Assembly (NCBI RefSeq): GCF_009914755.1
Contig: NC_060930.1
Reading direction: 5' to 3' (one strand)
Origin: the human T2T-CHM13v2.0 reference genome, Homo sapiens
Length of the DNA stretch: 64,000 nt
Part shown: positions 29,950-42,804 of the stretch, in pieces
Layout: each line of letters starts with the position of its first letter
Numbering within the stretch: position 1 is the stretch's first letter
Translations under genes and position numbers: made by a program
The notes under the pieces: generated by a model
The model's input: only the letters and a program-made list of their open reading frames with translations
Told to the model about the DNA's origin: nothing
Database searches by the model: none

Positions 29950-31050
29950 GTATCAATGGTTACTAATGCTGGATATATATTACGTGGCAAAAATTTGCAT
30001 GCATAATCACATTTTTCCTTACCATGACAACATGAATTATATGTATGATTTTAAGTTATCTCACACTGCTGATAACAAACTCTCCAATATTCAATTTGCC
30101 AAGTGACCAATTTGCTGAAGACCCAATTAGCTAATGATTAGTTTGTAGATTTTCAATTTTCCAAATTTGTTAAATTAAAATATTTACTACTTTACCAAAA
30201 ATGGTCTTAACAAAAACTAGAGATACAACAGCAAGAATATGAAATATAATTATAAGCAATATGAGATATTGAAATAATAAATTTAAGAATATTATTTATA
30301 ATAAATATATTTCATCATTTTTAAAAATCACTTTTATGGGAATTTTTAGTCAGTAATTATGTTTAGTCCTCTGTATCACTTAGTCTTGCCAAACTTTATC
30401 TACCAACTTTGTCATTTTTATGATTTAACTGCATTTTTATTATTTTATTTTCTATCTGTAATTAAATTATATCAAATTTGAACTAGAAAACAGATAGCAT
30501 ATTGCCATTTTTTTACCTGCATTTAACAGTTTCTTTTTTACCTGTAAAAGGCTTCTAGTTGGCATATTCAAACTGCACTCTGATAGAGGCATGAAATTTT
30601 AATACATCTGGTTTATCCCAGGTAATTTAACTTAATTGTGATGTATATTTTTACTTATGAGAAATAAAATTAAGGATGGTACTAAACATCTCAGATTTGA
30701 AAAAATAGAAAGGGGCATTAAACCATTTAAAGTTAATGAGACATAGATAAACAATCCAATTATATCTGTTAAATCATCCATGTAATGGTATTTTTGCAAG
30801 TTGATTTTTCCCAAATTAATTTTAACAAATTTTCTCTTTGGAAAATGTTATTTTCAGGAGTTGGCTTTTAGCAAATTCTTTTAAAGGAATCATTTTGCTT
30901 ACAATTTTTACCCACTCTATAGAAGTAAAAACTGAGTTGCAAAGAGTTTTGGTAGCTTGTCCAAGGTAACCCAAGAAGTAAAGGGCAAATCAGATTTTCT
31001 TATCTGTTTGATTAACATCTGTGTCCTTAATCACTACTCTATGTTGCTTC
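29950..31050 (-). mobile_element. MIR split by an ~800-bp insertion (halves ~29950-30064 and ~30895-31050)
   Basis: Right half has the MIR core AGTAAAAACTGAG..AGAG..AGCTTGTCCAAGGTAACCCA and CTTAATCACTACTCTAT; left half resembles the MIR 3' part. Confidence 0.55.
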
Positions 31051-31279
31051 TCATATTATTAAAATTCTGATTTTTAAAAATTAATTCATCTCAGTTTTCA
31101 CTTTATTGTTTAGAATTCGTGGATTTAAATGGCATCATGAAGTTAAAGAATGTGCTGCTTCCTAGTGAGGAATTATTCAAAGACAACCTGAATATATTCA
31201 TTAGGTAAGCAGACAGCCAGCAGAAGCATAAGTTCACCTTGGAGATGTTTGATTAAAGAGCTGGTACTAGTTGATCGAA

Positions 31280-31762
31280 GATGACTAATGGTGTTAGATT
31301 TTATCCTAAAAGTGACAAACACTGAAATATGCATATAGACATAATAGCATAAATGCATTTGTATTTTAGAAAAATCCATTTGGTACCATGGTAAAGAAGG
31401 AAGGTAAGGCTGGATACAAAAAGGCCAGATAGAAGATGTTGACCACATCAATGACAAGGGCCAACATAAGGTATGATACACAGTAATGGAAAAGGGTATT
31501 AGAGAGGAAAAATATAAAAATAGGATTTAGTAATTTTTTGGAGATAGGTTTTAGGAAAGGGAAAAAGGATATAGTCTTATTATTTAGGTAAATAACCCAG
31601 CTTTCCATCAGGTTAGTAAATTGAGATGGAAGGACTGTAAGATCAGTTTCATATAAGCTGAATTTGAATGTTTTGTGATGTAGGTAGTGGAAATGCACAG
31701 AAGGTAATACCAGTAGGTATCAAGTGTGTGTGTGTGTGTATGTGTGTGTGTGTGTGTGTGAA

Positions 31763-31803
<41 letters not shown>

Positions 31804-32250
31804 ATGTGAGCTCAGAGAGAAAAATCTCCCTATAAATGTGTCATTGAATGATTTGAATCATTGACATATACGTAGTAATTAAAGCCATGGACATGGATGA
31901 GATTGCAAAAGGACAGGAAGAAATTTAAGCCTAAAGAGAACTTTGAAAAATCAAATATCTAAAGCACAGAAGGAACTGAAAGATCCTGAAACACTGAAAA
32001 TAAGCAGAGAAAAAAAAGGAAATTGATGATGAAGTGGAGACTTACATGCCAAGCAATAAGAATGAGCTATTTCTCAGTTTGAACCCAACTGACAAAATAA
32101 ATTTCCACTGTTTAGTGGACAACTGTATGAAATGATAGAGAAAAGTCAAATAAGAGAGACACAGAGAAATGTTCAATGTGTTTCTCTATAAATCATTGGT
32201 AATATTAGCAAGAGTAATTACTTCCATAGGGTGATGCTAGCTGTGGATTT
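31280..32250 (-). mobile_element. L2 ORF2/3' relic
   Basis: GATTTTATCCTAAAAG, TGTATTTTAGAAAAATCC and TAAAGCCATGGACATGGATGAGATTGC motifs. Confidence 0.65.
31724..31802. repeat. Compound (GT)n(AG)n microsatellite
   Basis: Direct observation. Confidence 0.95.
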
Positions 32251-33134
32251 CTAACTAAATCCTAAGAGTCTTCTTTTATGCCCCACCTAAGCAGAAACAG
32301 GTTTCCAATGAATTTCTTTGACAGAAATTCTGATTTTTAAAAAATATTTTTGATAGAAAGATACAGAATGGATCAGATAAATACTGGATATTTCAAAGCT
32401 ACTGAATATTTCTTTGTCCTAGATTTTGAAGTTTCAATGTCATATATTCCTGAGAAATATAATAGTTAACTAAAAATATACCAAATGAATATCAGGAAAT
32501 TATTAAGTATGAAATAAAGAATTATTGCACTTTGGTAAACATAAATGATGAAGAGTAAAATAGACTTATTTCCCTGCCAATTGATTCTTTATAATAAGCA
32601 TTTATATAGCTCTTGCTAATAAACCACTAGTTGTTAATGATGAATGGTCATCTATAGAAGGTATAAATTTATGTCTCTATTTCCAATGTGAGCAACCTAT
32701 ATTTTAAAATAAAAAAGCATTAAGAAATATATATGTAAGAAATAAGCACAATTGGCATCACGTGATTTTTAAACGTTTATAACAAAACTGTATTTTAAAT
32801 ATACTGTGTAAAAATCTATCAATTTCACAATATCAAGGGTTTCTTGAGTTGCTAAGCTTAAAGCTTAACAGACAATAGGTTTCACCTTCTTCCACTTAGA
32901 CTTTAAGCTAACTTATTTTGTAAATGACATTGCACCAATACTTAGAAAAAAGAATAAAAAGATGCTATGTTTCTCCTTTTTGTAAAATTTGCTAGTAACT
33001 TGAGGAGAAAATAGAAAGACATATATTTATAAATGTATACAATTCAGTGTGATCTGTGCTGTATTAATAGGCAACTATAAACTGGAGTTTTATTTACTTT
33101 ATCATATTTGTCAAAATAAGTCTAATACAGACAA

Positions 33135-33200
33135 ATATTTTATCTGTTTCATAGATGAGGAAACTGAAACACACAGAGGTTAAGAAGCTTCTTCAAGATT
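33135..33200 (-). mobile_element. MIR core fragment
   Basis: TTTCATAGATGAGGAAACTGAAACACACAGAGGTTAAG. Confidence 0.75.
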
Positions 33201-34230
33201 GTTAAAAAGTCTTCAGGGTTTATATTTTATACAACACTATTCGACAAGAAAACCAACGCTCCCAACCACTAATCTATGGTGCAAATTGGAGAGAAAAAAA
33301 AAAAAGGTTAATGGTAAGTTGATGTATAACTTATACCCCAAAGGAGGTCCAAGTGAATACATCATCTGAACGTCCTCCCCTAAGAGTCTTTGTAAACATG
33401 CTAATGGCATAGATAACAGAAAGTTTCTATATGTAAAAGGATTTGGGTAAAACATACCAAATGTGTCCAAATTCTTTATTGTAAATAAGTCTGGAATATG
33501 AATATATGGGGCACAGCAGTTTGAAAAAATAAGTTAGTCATGTAAGCAATTTTCTGTCTGTGCAGTGGACAGTAAAAACACCAAAAAGGCAGAATAATAT
33601 TTCTATATATGTTACACAAATTCTCAACTTGTCTGTTATTCAAAAACCAAAATACACTTGGTGCAGAAGAGAAAGGGTATTTCCAAGGAGCCGTGGATGA
33701 CCGTTTTACACTCCTTAAGAAAATAAATGTTTTATTTATGGCAATTTTCCTATATTGTTTGAGTCATTAGCAGGTTGGGTATGGGCAAGATTTGTGATTC
33801 CTGTGGTTTGATTTGATATCTGAAGTAGCCTTGGAAGCACATATGAGACAACCTCAGTTGTGCCTGAAGCAGATTTACAAATAACTTCACAGATGCATGG
33901 CTATTTATTAGATTGTGAAGCATGAGTACAGTTTGCCAACTAAGGAAGCAGATATGGAGTGCAGGTGGTAGGGAAAACCATGGTAAAGAATCCTTGATTA
34001 TTTGTGATGAAATAATACAATACAACTTCAAATAAAAACATGCTTAATAGTCTTTTTCTTTCCAAAAAAAAATATGTTTCTAAGTGATAAAGATGGATGG
34101 TTCTCTCAGGTTGAAATATTCATCCATGGAAATAATTTGTAAACATGATCAAGGTCTAAATGTAAAACAAAATAAAATTAAGTGATGACCTCAATAGCAC
34201 TTATAATTCATCACCATTACAATTATTATG

Positions 34231-34429
34231 TGCTGTGGTTTGAATGTGTCACCCAAAATTTTATGTGTTGGAAACTTTGCCATTTTAATAGTATTAAGAT
34301 GTGGGGTCTTAGAGGTAATTTGACCATGAGGGCTATGACCTAATAAATGGATTAATGTCATTATCACGGGAGTAAGTGAGTTCTCACAGGAGTATGCTCC
34401 TGATAAGCCTGGCCCTGTTCCTCTCTCTC

Positions 34430-34462
<33 letters not shown>

Positions 34463-34665
34463 TCCTCTCTCATTTCCTCTCTCTCTCTCTCTCTCTCTCG
34501 CGGGCATGTGCCCATGCTTCCTCACCATGTGATGTCTTCTGCCATGGGATTACACTGTCCAGCTGCTGGTGCTATTTTTTTGGAGTGAGACAAATTAACT
34601 TCTGTTCTTTGTAAACTACCCAGTGTGTGGTATTTTCTTATAGTAGCTGAACTTGGACTTGAACA
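34231..34665 (+). mobile_element. MST (MSTC/D-like) MaLR LTR with internal (CT)n
   Basis: TGCTGTGGTTTGAATGTGTC start, AATGGATTAATG, CTGTTCTTTGTAAACTACCCAG..GTGGTATT end. Confidence 0.82.
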
Positions 34666-34910
34666 CCAGTTTAACTAATATTAATTACATAACACTTAAT
34701 CTTTAAAATATTTATGTGCATTTGTGATACTTTTAGACTGTATTTTACAAGTGAAAGAGAAAGTCATTTAATAGAATCAAACATCCATTAAAGGCAAAAA
34801 CTATTCACACTATCAACAGAAAAGAACGTTCTCAAACTCAAAGTCTAGCTACAAAACAAAACAAAACTTACAGCTAACATCTTAATAGTGGAACATGAAA
34901 ACAATATCCT

Positions 34911-37175
34911 TGAGCATGGAATGTTTTTCCATTTGTTTGTGTCATTTCTGATTTCTTGGAGTAGTGTTTTGTAGTTCTCCTTGTGGAGGTCTTTCATCTC
35001 CCTGGTTAGCTGTATTCCTAGGTGTTATTATTTTGTAGCAATTGTGAATTGGATTGGATTCCTGATTTGGCTCTCGGCTTGACTGTTGTTGGTGTAGAGG
35101 AGTGTAGTGATTTTTGCATATTGATTTTGGATCCTGAGACTTTGCTGCAGTTGTTTATCAGCTTAAAGAGTTTGTGGGCTGAGACTCTGGAATTTTCTAG
35201 ATATAGGATCATGTCATCTACAAGCAGGGATAGTTTGACTTCTCTTCCTATTTGAATGTCCTTTATTTCTTTCTCTTGCCTGATTGCCTGGCCAGGACTT
35301 CCAATACTATGTTGAATAGGAGCAATAAGAGAGGACATCCTTGTCTTGTGCTGGTTTTCAAGGGGAATGCTTCCAGCTTTTACCCACTCAGTAAGATGTT
35401 GGCTGTGGGTTTGTCATAGATAGCTCCTATTATTTTGAGGTATGTTTCTCCTATACATAGATTGCCGAGAGTTTTTAACATTCAGGTGTTTAATTTTATC
35501 AAAAGCAATTTTTATATCTATTGAGATAATCATGTGGTTTTTGTCTTTAGTTCTATTCATGTGGTGAATCACATTTATTGATTTGTGTATGTGGAACCAA
35601 ACTTCCATCCTAGGGATAAATCCTACTTCACTGTGGTGGATGCTTTTTGGTGTGCTGCTGGATTCAGTGTGCCAGAATGTTGTTGAGAATTTTTGCACCA
35701 CTGTTCATCAGGATATTGGCCTGAAGTTTTCTCTTTGTTTGTGTCTTTGCCAGGTTTGGGTATCAGGATGATGTTGGCCTCAAAGAATGAGTTAGGGAGG
35801 AATTCCTCCTCAATTTTTGGGATAGTTCAGCAGGAATGGTACCAGCTCTTTCTTGTACATCTAGTAGAATTCAGCTGTGAATCTGTGTGGTCCTGGGCTT
35901 TTTCAGAGCCCATTATTGGTCTGTCTAAGAATTCAATTTCTTCCTGGTTCAGTCTTGGAAGGGTGTCCAGAATTCTTTTCATTTCTCCTAGCTTTTCTAG
36001 TTTATGTGCATAGAGGTGTTTGTAATATTCTCTGATGATTATTTGTATTTCTGAGGGTCAATAGTAATATCCGACTTGTCATTTCTGATTGTGTTTATTT
36101 GGTATTTGGATCTTCTCTATTTTCTTCTTTATTGGTCTAGATAGTGGCATATCTTTTTTTTTTTTTTGAGACGGAGTCTCATTCTGTCGCCCAGGCTGGA
36201 GTGCAGTGGTACGATCTCGGCTCACTGGAAGCTCTGCCTCCCGGGTTCATGCCATTCTCCTGCCTCAGCCTCCTGAGTAGCTGGGACTACGGGCGCCCAC
36301 CACCACGTCCGGCTAATTTTTTGTATTTTTAGTAGATACACAGTTTCACCGTGTTAGCCAGGATGGTCTCGATTTCCTGGCCTCATGATCCGCCCACCTC
36401 GGCCTCCCAAAGTGCTCGGATTACAGGCATGAGCCACCACGCCTGGCCTAGTTGATCTTTTGAAAGTTTTTTGGTGTCTCAGTTTCCTTCAGCTCAGTTC
36501 CTATTTTGGTTATTTATTGTCTTCTGCTAACTTTGGAACTGGTTTGCTCTTGATTCTCCAGTTCTTTTAGTTGTGATGTTAGGTTGTTACATTGAGATAT
36601 TTGCAACTTTTTGATCTGGGCATTTATAGCACTAAATTTATAGTGCTAAACATTTGTAGCACTAAATGCCCAGATCAAAAAATATAATTCCTCTTAACAC
36701 TGCTGTAGCTGTGTCCTAGAGATTCCAGTATGTTGTATATTTGATCTCATTAGTTTCAAAAAACTTTTATGTCTGCTGTAATTTCATTATTTATCCACAA
36801 GTCATTCAGGAGTGGGTTATTCAATTGCCATGTAATTGTATTGTTTCGAGTGAATTTCTTAGTCTTGATTTCTAATTTGATTGCCTTGTAGTTTGAGAGA
36901 CTGTTCATGATTTCAGTTCTTTTGCATTTGCTGAGGAGTGTTTTACTTCCAATTATGTGACTGATTTTAGAGTATGTGCCATGTGATGATGAGAAGAATG
37001 TGTATTATGTTGTTTTGCATTGGAGAGTTCTGCAGATGTCTATCAGGTCTATTTGATTCAGTGCTCGGTTCAGGTCCTGAATAACTTTATTAATTTTCTG
37101 CCTCCATGATCTGTCTAGTATTGTGAGTGGGGTGTTAAAATCTCACACTATTATTGTGTGGGAGTCTAAATCTTT
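34911..37175 (-). mobile_element. Internal L1 ORF2 fragment (older L1PA/L1PB), truncated at both ends
   Basis: Minus-strand ORF remnants [32 protein letters not shown] and [11 protein letters not shown]. Confidence 0.9.
36154..36448 (-). mobile_element. AluY
   Basis: GCCATTCTCCTG, GTGTTAGCCAGGATGGTCTCG and AAGCTC diagnostics; no TSD seen. Confidence 0.92.
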
Positions 37176-39198
37176 ACAAAGGATAAGAAAGCAAAGAAGC
37201 ATTATTGCTGATATGGAGAAAGATGGGTGGTCAGCACAGAAGATCAAATCAGCCACCACATTATCTTAAGCCAAATCCAGATCCAGAGCAAGTCCCTATC
37301 TCTTCAATTCTATGAAGGATCAGAGAGGTGAGGAAGCTGCTGAATAAAAGTTGCAGGCTAGCAGAACTTGGTTCACAAAGTTTAAGGAAAGAAGCCATTT
37401 CCATAGCATGAAGGTGAAACGTAAAGCAGCAGGTGCTGATAGAGAAGCTGCGGCAAGTTATGCAAATCTAGTAGAGATAGTTGGTGAAAATCTAAACAGA
37501 TTTTTCATGCACATAAAATTGGCTTCTTTTGGAAGAAGACGATTTCTAGGACTTTCATAGCCAAAAAGGAGAAGTCAATGCCTTGCTCCAAAGCTTCAAA
37601 GGATAGTCTGATTCTTGTTTGGGGCTCAGACAGCTGGTGACTTTAAATAGAAGTTAATGCTCATTTATCATTCCAAAAATTCTAGGATCCTTAAGAATTA
37701 TGCTAAACCTACTGCACCTATCCTCTATAAATGGGATAACAAAGCCTGTATGACAACACATCTGTTTTTAGCATGGCTTACCGAATATTCTAAGCCCACT
37801 GTTGAGATTTAATCCTCAGAAAAACAGGTTTCTTTCAAAATGGTACCATGTAAAATAGAAAACCAAATACCACATCTTGTCACTTATAAGTGGGAACTAA
37901 ACATTAAGAATATATGGATATAAAGATGGGAACAATAGACACTATGGACTACCAGAGGGGGAGAGTTGGAGAGGGGTGGGGGTTGAAAAACTACTTATCG
38001 GGTATTATGCTCACTACCTACATGATGGGGACATTCCTACAGCAAAACTCAGCAACATGTAACTTACTCATGTAACAAACCTATACAGGTACTCCCTAAA
38101 CCTAAGATAAAAGTTGAAAAAGAAATGCCTAAAAATAATTACTGCTTATTGGCAATGCATCTAGCCACCCGAAGATATACAAGGAAATTCATGTCGTTTC
38201 CATGCCTACTAATACAACATCCATTCTGCAGCCCACAGATCAGGAAGTTTGGACTTATAAGTCTAATTATTTCAGAAATACATTTCTTAAGGCAATAGCT
38301 GCCACAGATAGCATTTCTCCTATATCTGGGCAAATTAAATTGAAAATCTTCTGGAAAAGATTCACCATCCTAAAGGCCATTAAGAACATTTGTGATTCAT
38401 GGGAGGAAGTCAAATATCAACATTATCATGACCTTAAAAGAAGTGAATTCCAACTGTTATGGATGACTTTGGGGGTTCAAGACTTTAGGGGAGGAAGAAC
38501 TTCAGATGTGGTGGAAACAGTAAGAGAACTAGAATTAAAAGTTGAGACTGAAGATGTGACTGAATTCCTGCAATCTCCAATAAAATTTGAATGTATGAAA
38601 AGTTGCTTCTTATGGAAGATCAAGAAAGTGGCTTATTGAGATGAAATCTACCTCTGGTGAAGATGTTGTGAATGTTGTTGAAATGACAACAAAAGATGTA
38701 GGATATTACGTAAACTAAATTTATAAAGCAGTGGTAGGGTTTCAGAGGATTGACTTCAATTTTGAAAGAAGTTCCACTGTAGGTCAAATGCTATCCAACA
38801 GCATCACAGGCTACAGAGAATTTTTTTGTGAAAGGAAGAGTTAATTGATACAGTAGAGTTCATTCTTATCTTATTTTAAGAAATTGCCACTGTTACCCCA
38901 ACTTTCAGCAACCACCACGCTAATCAATTAGCAACCATCAACATTGAATCAAGACCCTCCACTAGCAAAAAGAAGGTTCAGAAGATTATTAGCATTTTTT
39001 AGCAATAAAGTGTGTTTAAATGAAAGTAAGAGCATTGTTTTTCAGACATAATGCTATTGCACACTAAATATAATATCTTGTAAACATAACTTTTTTGTGC
39101 ACTGGGAAGCGAAAATATTTGTGTGACTCTCTTCATTTTGATATTTGCATTATTGCAGTGATCCGGAGCTGAACCTGCAAATCTCTGAGATATGCCTG
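37176..39198 (+). mobile_element. Tigger1 DNA transposon, 5'-truncated, decayed transposase
   Basis: Remnants IADMEK, SRTWFTKFKERSHFH, NTTSILQPTDQ (third DDD motif); 3' TIR ATCTCTGAGATATGCCTG followed by TA. Confidence 0.92.
37848..38125 (+). mobile_element. L1PB (L1PB4-like) 3' end inserted in Tigger1
   Basis: CACTTATAAGTGGGAACTAAAC, GGTTGAAAAACTAC.TATCGGGTA, CCTAAGATAAAAGTTG. Confidence 0.85.
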
Positions 39199-41567
39199 TA
39201 TTAAAAATAAGTAATATAAAAAGTAATGACCTACACTATCACATTAAGAAAGGGTAAAAAAACCATTAAACCCAAATTCAGTAGAGAAAGAAAATATAAA
39301 AATGTAACATATAAATAAATGAAGTAGAAAATAGAACTGTATATTTAAAATACACCTCAATGAATTTGATTTAATAATAAAAAGCTGTGAACATGTATAT
39401 AACTAACTGGAAAATTAGTTTGGTGACTGTAGGTGTGGATTGTTTGACCCCAAGGCAAAAAACTGCATATACAGAAGTGTTTTATTATTTTTCAAAATTA
39501 TAGTCCTCATTTAACAGAAGAAATAGGAACTAGAATGCCAATAGCAGCTCTCCACACCATTCCCATCTTGTGTGTTTTGCCATCAGTTGATTTTATTTCA
39601 GCCCTCTAATTTGACCTTGGCTTTCTTAGCTGAACGTTTAAGAGGGATCCAGAAAAACAGGTGCCACACCAATACATAGATATACATATATTTGTTTAAG
39701 ATGGCCAAGTAACACATAGACTTCATTAGTTTGTTAACATACCAAACTAAAGCTTTATGTAGAATAGAAAAATACAAATAGAAGGTTTACCTTCCAGTTA
39801 CCAATTTATATATATTTTTGTTCAACCCTCATAATTCTTTTTACTGTTAAATCTACTTCTTAAAATGAGGATATGAAATATAATCAACCTTAAGCAATTT
39901 ACCCAAATCATATAGGAGATTCTGATTATCTGTTCCCAAACACCACAATCCACCTGCTATATCACATTTCCTTTTTCTTAACATATTGTATTTGCTCTCT
40001 TTTATAAAACAGAGATACATATCATAATTAGACCATAATAACAACCTTATATACACAAGTACAATAGATTTTTTAAAATATCATTATCAAAGGAAAATTC
40101 AGGAAAAACTTAAATTATATATTCCATTTTTGCATCCAAAAGTGCTCATAGACCCAGGTTGAGTTTGTTTTTGTTTTGATGTTATTTTTTTCTAAACTTA
40201 ACTGAAAGAAAATTCCACTTGTTAATTCTGCTGATTTAGAGGCAATAGTTATGTCTTGGACATATAACCTCAAATTAATTGATATAATGTGTGCATTTTT
40301 AAAATCCAGCTAATCCTAAAAAAAAGATGAGTGCCAGATGCTAGAATTATTTTACCAATGTGCCAGTTATGGAAAACACACTGAGAATGTTATTTCTTTT
40401 TTGACATGATTTGTTCAGGAATTTAAACATTTGACTCTCTAATACATCAGTCTATATTACTAAGGATACAAAGTTAATCAAAACAGGCTGGCAGAGTTAG
40501 CTCACAGGCATATGAAGAGAAAAAATAGTAGAAACAAATCATTGAATTAGAATGTGGTATGGATTATACTAAAATATGAACATTACATAATGTTGATGGC
40601 AAAGAGGAAGTGATTAATTTTATATTTCAGCCTTAGGGGGAAACAGCCTGAAAAGCTGATTATTAATCTGAGTGAACAGATGAATTTCTTAATCCAAAAA
40701 GAAAACTCTAAAACTTCTAAATTCAGAAATTAATATTTTAAAATGTTGATATTAGTATTCAAATATGCTTTTCATTACTAGTAAATCCATCAATGAGATT
40801 GATTTTGAAGGTATACTTTCTTCTTTAAATATGTTCGCTTATATTCACTTCCCTGAATCTGACTTTGAACATGGCAAAATTTGTTTGTGGATCTATCTGC
40901 ATTTGTAAACAATGTTCTATAGCTTGAGATCTTTATTCCACTCACGTTTGCCTTTTTCCGGGTAAGATTTTTCCACTGATTATTTAATAGACTACACACT
41001 TGTCTTGAATATTTTATCTGAATTATACTAAGCATTTTTCCATGGACATTGAAAACCCAGCTACAGACATGTATCATTAAATATTGGCTGTTTGGTATCA
41101 TTATTTCATCCTTTCGGGACTTTAAGAAGGTATAAACATTAACCCAGGAGGGTGCACAATTTTGCAAGGAACATTACATGAACTTCCTCAAAACAAGTTT
41201 ACAGGATAAATTTTATTATAATTTGATGCATATATTTACATTCAAGAGTTTCATTACTGTCTTTTAGTCTGTATCTCATATTGTAATGCTAGTCACAATC
41301 TCTGGGAACAAATGCAGAATATACTTGAAGATATGAATAACGTAGACTTCAAAAATTGTCAGAGCTGATTGTTTTAGGTAACTGGTTCATGTCCTCCAGT
41401 TCCTTCGACAGATACATTGATACATTTTTTTAAATTTTTTTATTCTGCTCTTTCTGTCTTTCCATGTTGGCTTACTGTCAAAGCATCTGTCACCCTGACA
41501 CTGATGTGTTTTGGAGTGATTATAAGCTTATTAAATATATATGTATACATACACAATACACACACAT

Positions 41568-41568
41568 A

Positions 41569-41609
<41 letters not shown>
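41568..41609. repeat. (TG)n microsatellite
   Basis: Direct observation. Confidence 0.95.
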
Positions 41610-41611
<2 letters not shown>

Positions 41612-42804
41612 TTGAAAAACGCTTTCAACATCTTGTATTTATAATTTTGGAGAAAAGAGGACTTACCCAGCAGCAAAGTATACATAAAGCCAGCAGCTCT
41701 GTTACAAAGATAGAAAATATACCCTGCAATCATTATAACTTCTGATAAATATAATTCTGATTTTTAAAAATGGCTCTAAAGCTAAATGATTATGAAGGTG
41801 GCACTTCTGTCAGAATAATTCAGATGGCATAATCAAGGATGAAGAAATTATCATTTCATAGAGAAAAAAAGAGTAATCATACATGTGCAGAATTTTTCTT
41901 ACAGGAGTGATATTTTGTTATAGTATGAAGACAGAAATATGGGAAAAAGGTACCATTGGTCAGTTTACTATGAAACAATATTAAATGAAAAAATGTACAA
42001 AACACTGAAATTCCCATTGTAGCTTTGATTAATTATTTGGTATTCCAATTCAGCAATAGTTGTGGGAGATTATAAACACATATTAGATAGGATTAAAAAG
42101 ATGATGATTTTAGTTAGAAGACTTTATTCCAGCAGGAATATATTTAAACTATGTTTTATTTATGGGGATTTTTTTATGCCATATTAGCTTGAATGAGCCT
42201 TGTTCTATGCAGTTCAGCAAAGAAGAGATTAGAGAATTGGTCTTGTATATTTCATTGACTTTCTAGAAAGTGCATTTCCATCACTGCTAGTGATTTCTCG
42301 AGCCTGTAAGATCGTTTCATTAACTTTTTTTTGCCATATCTGGAGCAGAAAGAAGCAGCTGAAGATAATGTTCTAAAGGCAAAATTTTGTTGTCTTTGGA
42401 ATTCTGTTCTTTGTGATTTTATACCTTAAAAATTCAATTTACTGTAACTTACTTGTAAATTCACTATTGACCTAAAATACATGTTTGTGTTCAGTTCTCT
42501 AGCTTAATCCAAATATATGTTAATCTTTGTCAGACTACTCTAAAAACAATGTCATCTGGATGAAATTTATTTTCTTATTGTTGATTTTTTCATTGTCTTA
42601 GCTTTAGATATCTTTACGTACCTACTTATGTTTAGGAATTTCATTTGCGGCCTCATTTTTAGAAAGCTTTTTTTTTCATTTTCCTCTTTATTTTCTTCTC
42701 ATTCTTTTTCTTACTTTCTCTAATTTCTTATGCTATGTTTGATCTCTTTCCTGTGTGTGTGTTTGTCCTTTGTGGTCTAGTTCCTAGCGACAAAGTTGGT
42801 TTTT

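Noticed and set aside
38202-38639. 145-aa ORF as a domesticated transposase (TIGD-like)
   Set aside because: Decayed Tigger1 fragment with frameshifts, a missing N-terminus and an L1 insertion upstream.
40790-41167. 125-aa minus-strand ORF as a single-exon gene
   Set aside because: TTG start and no homology recognised; only the internal 72-nt segment is kept as an exon candidate.
41905-41949. Plus-strand 45-nt exon-like segment VIFCYSMKTEIWEK, kelch-like
   Set aside because: Weak donor (GTACCA) and no partner kelch exons; it shows how readily such patterns arise by chance.
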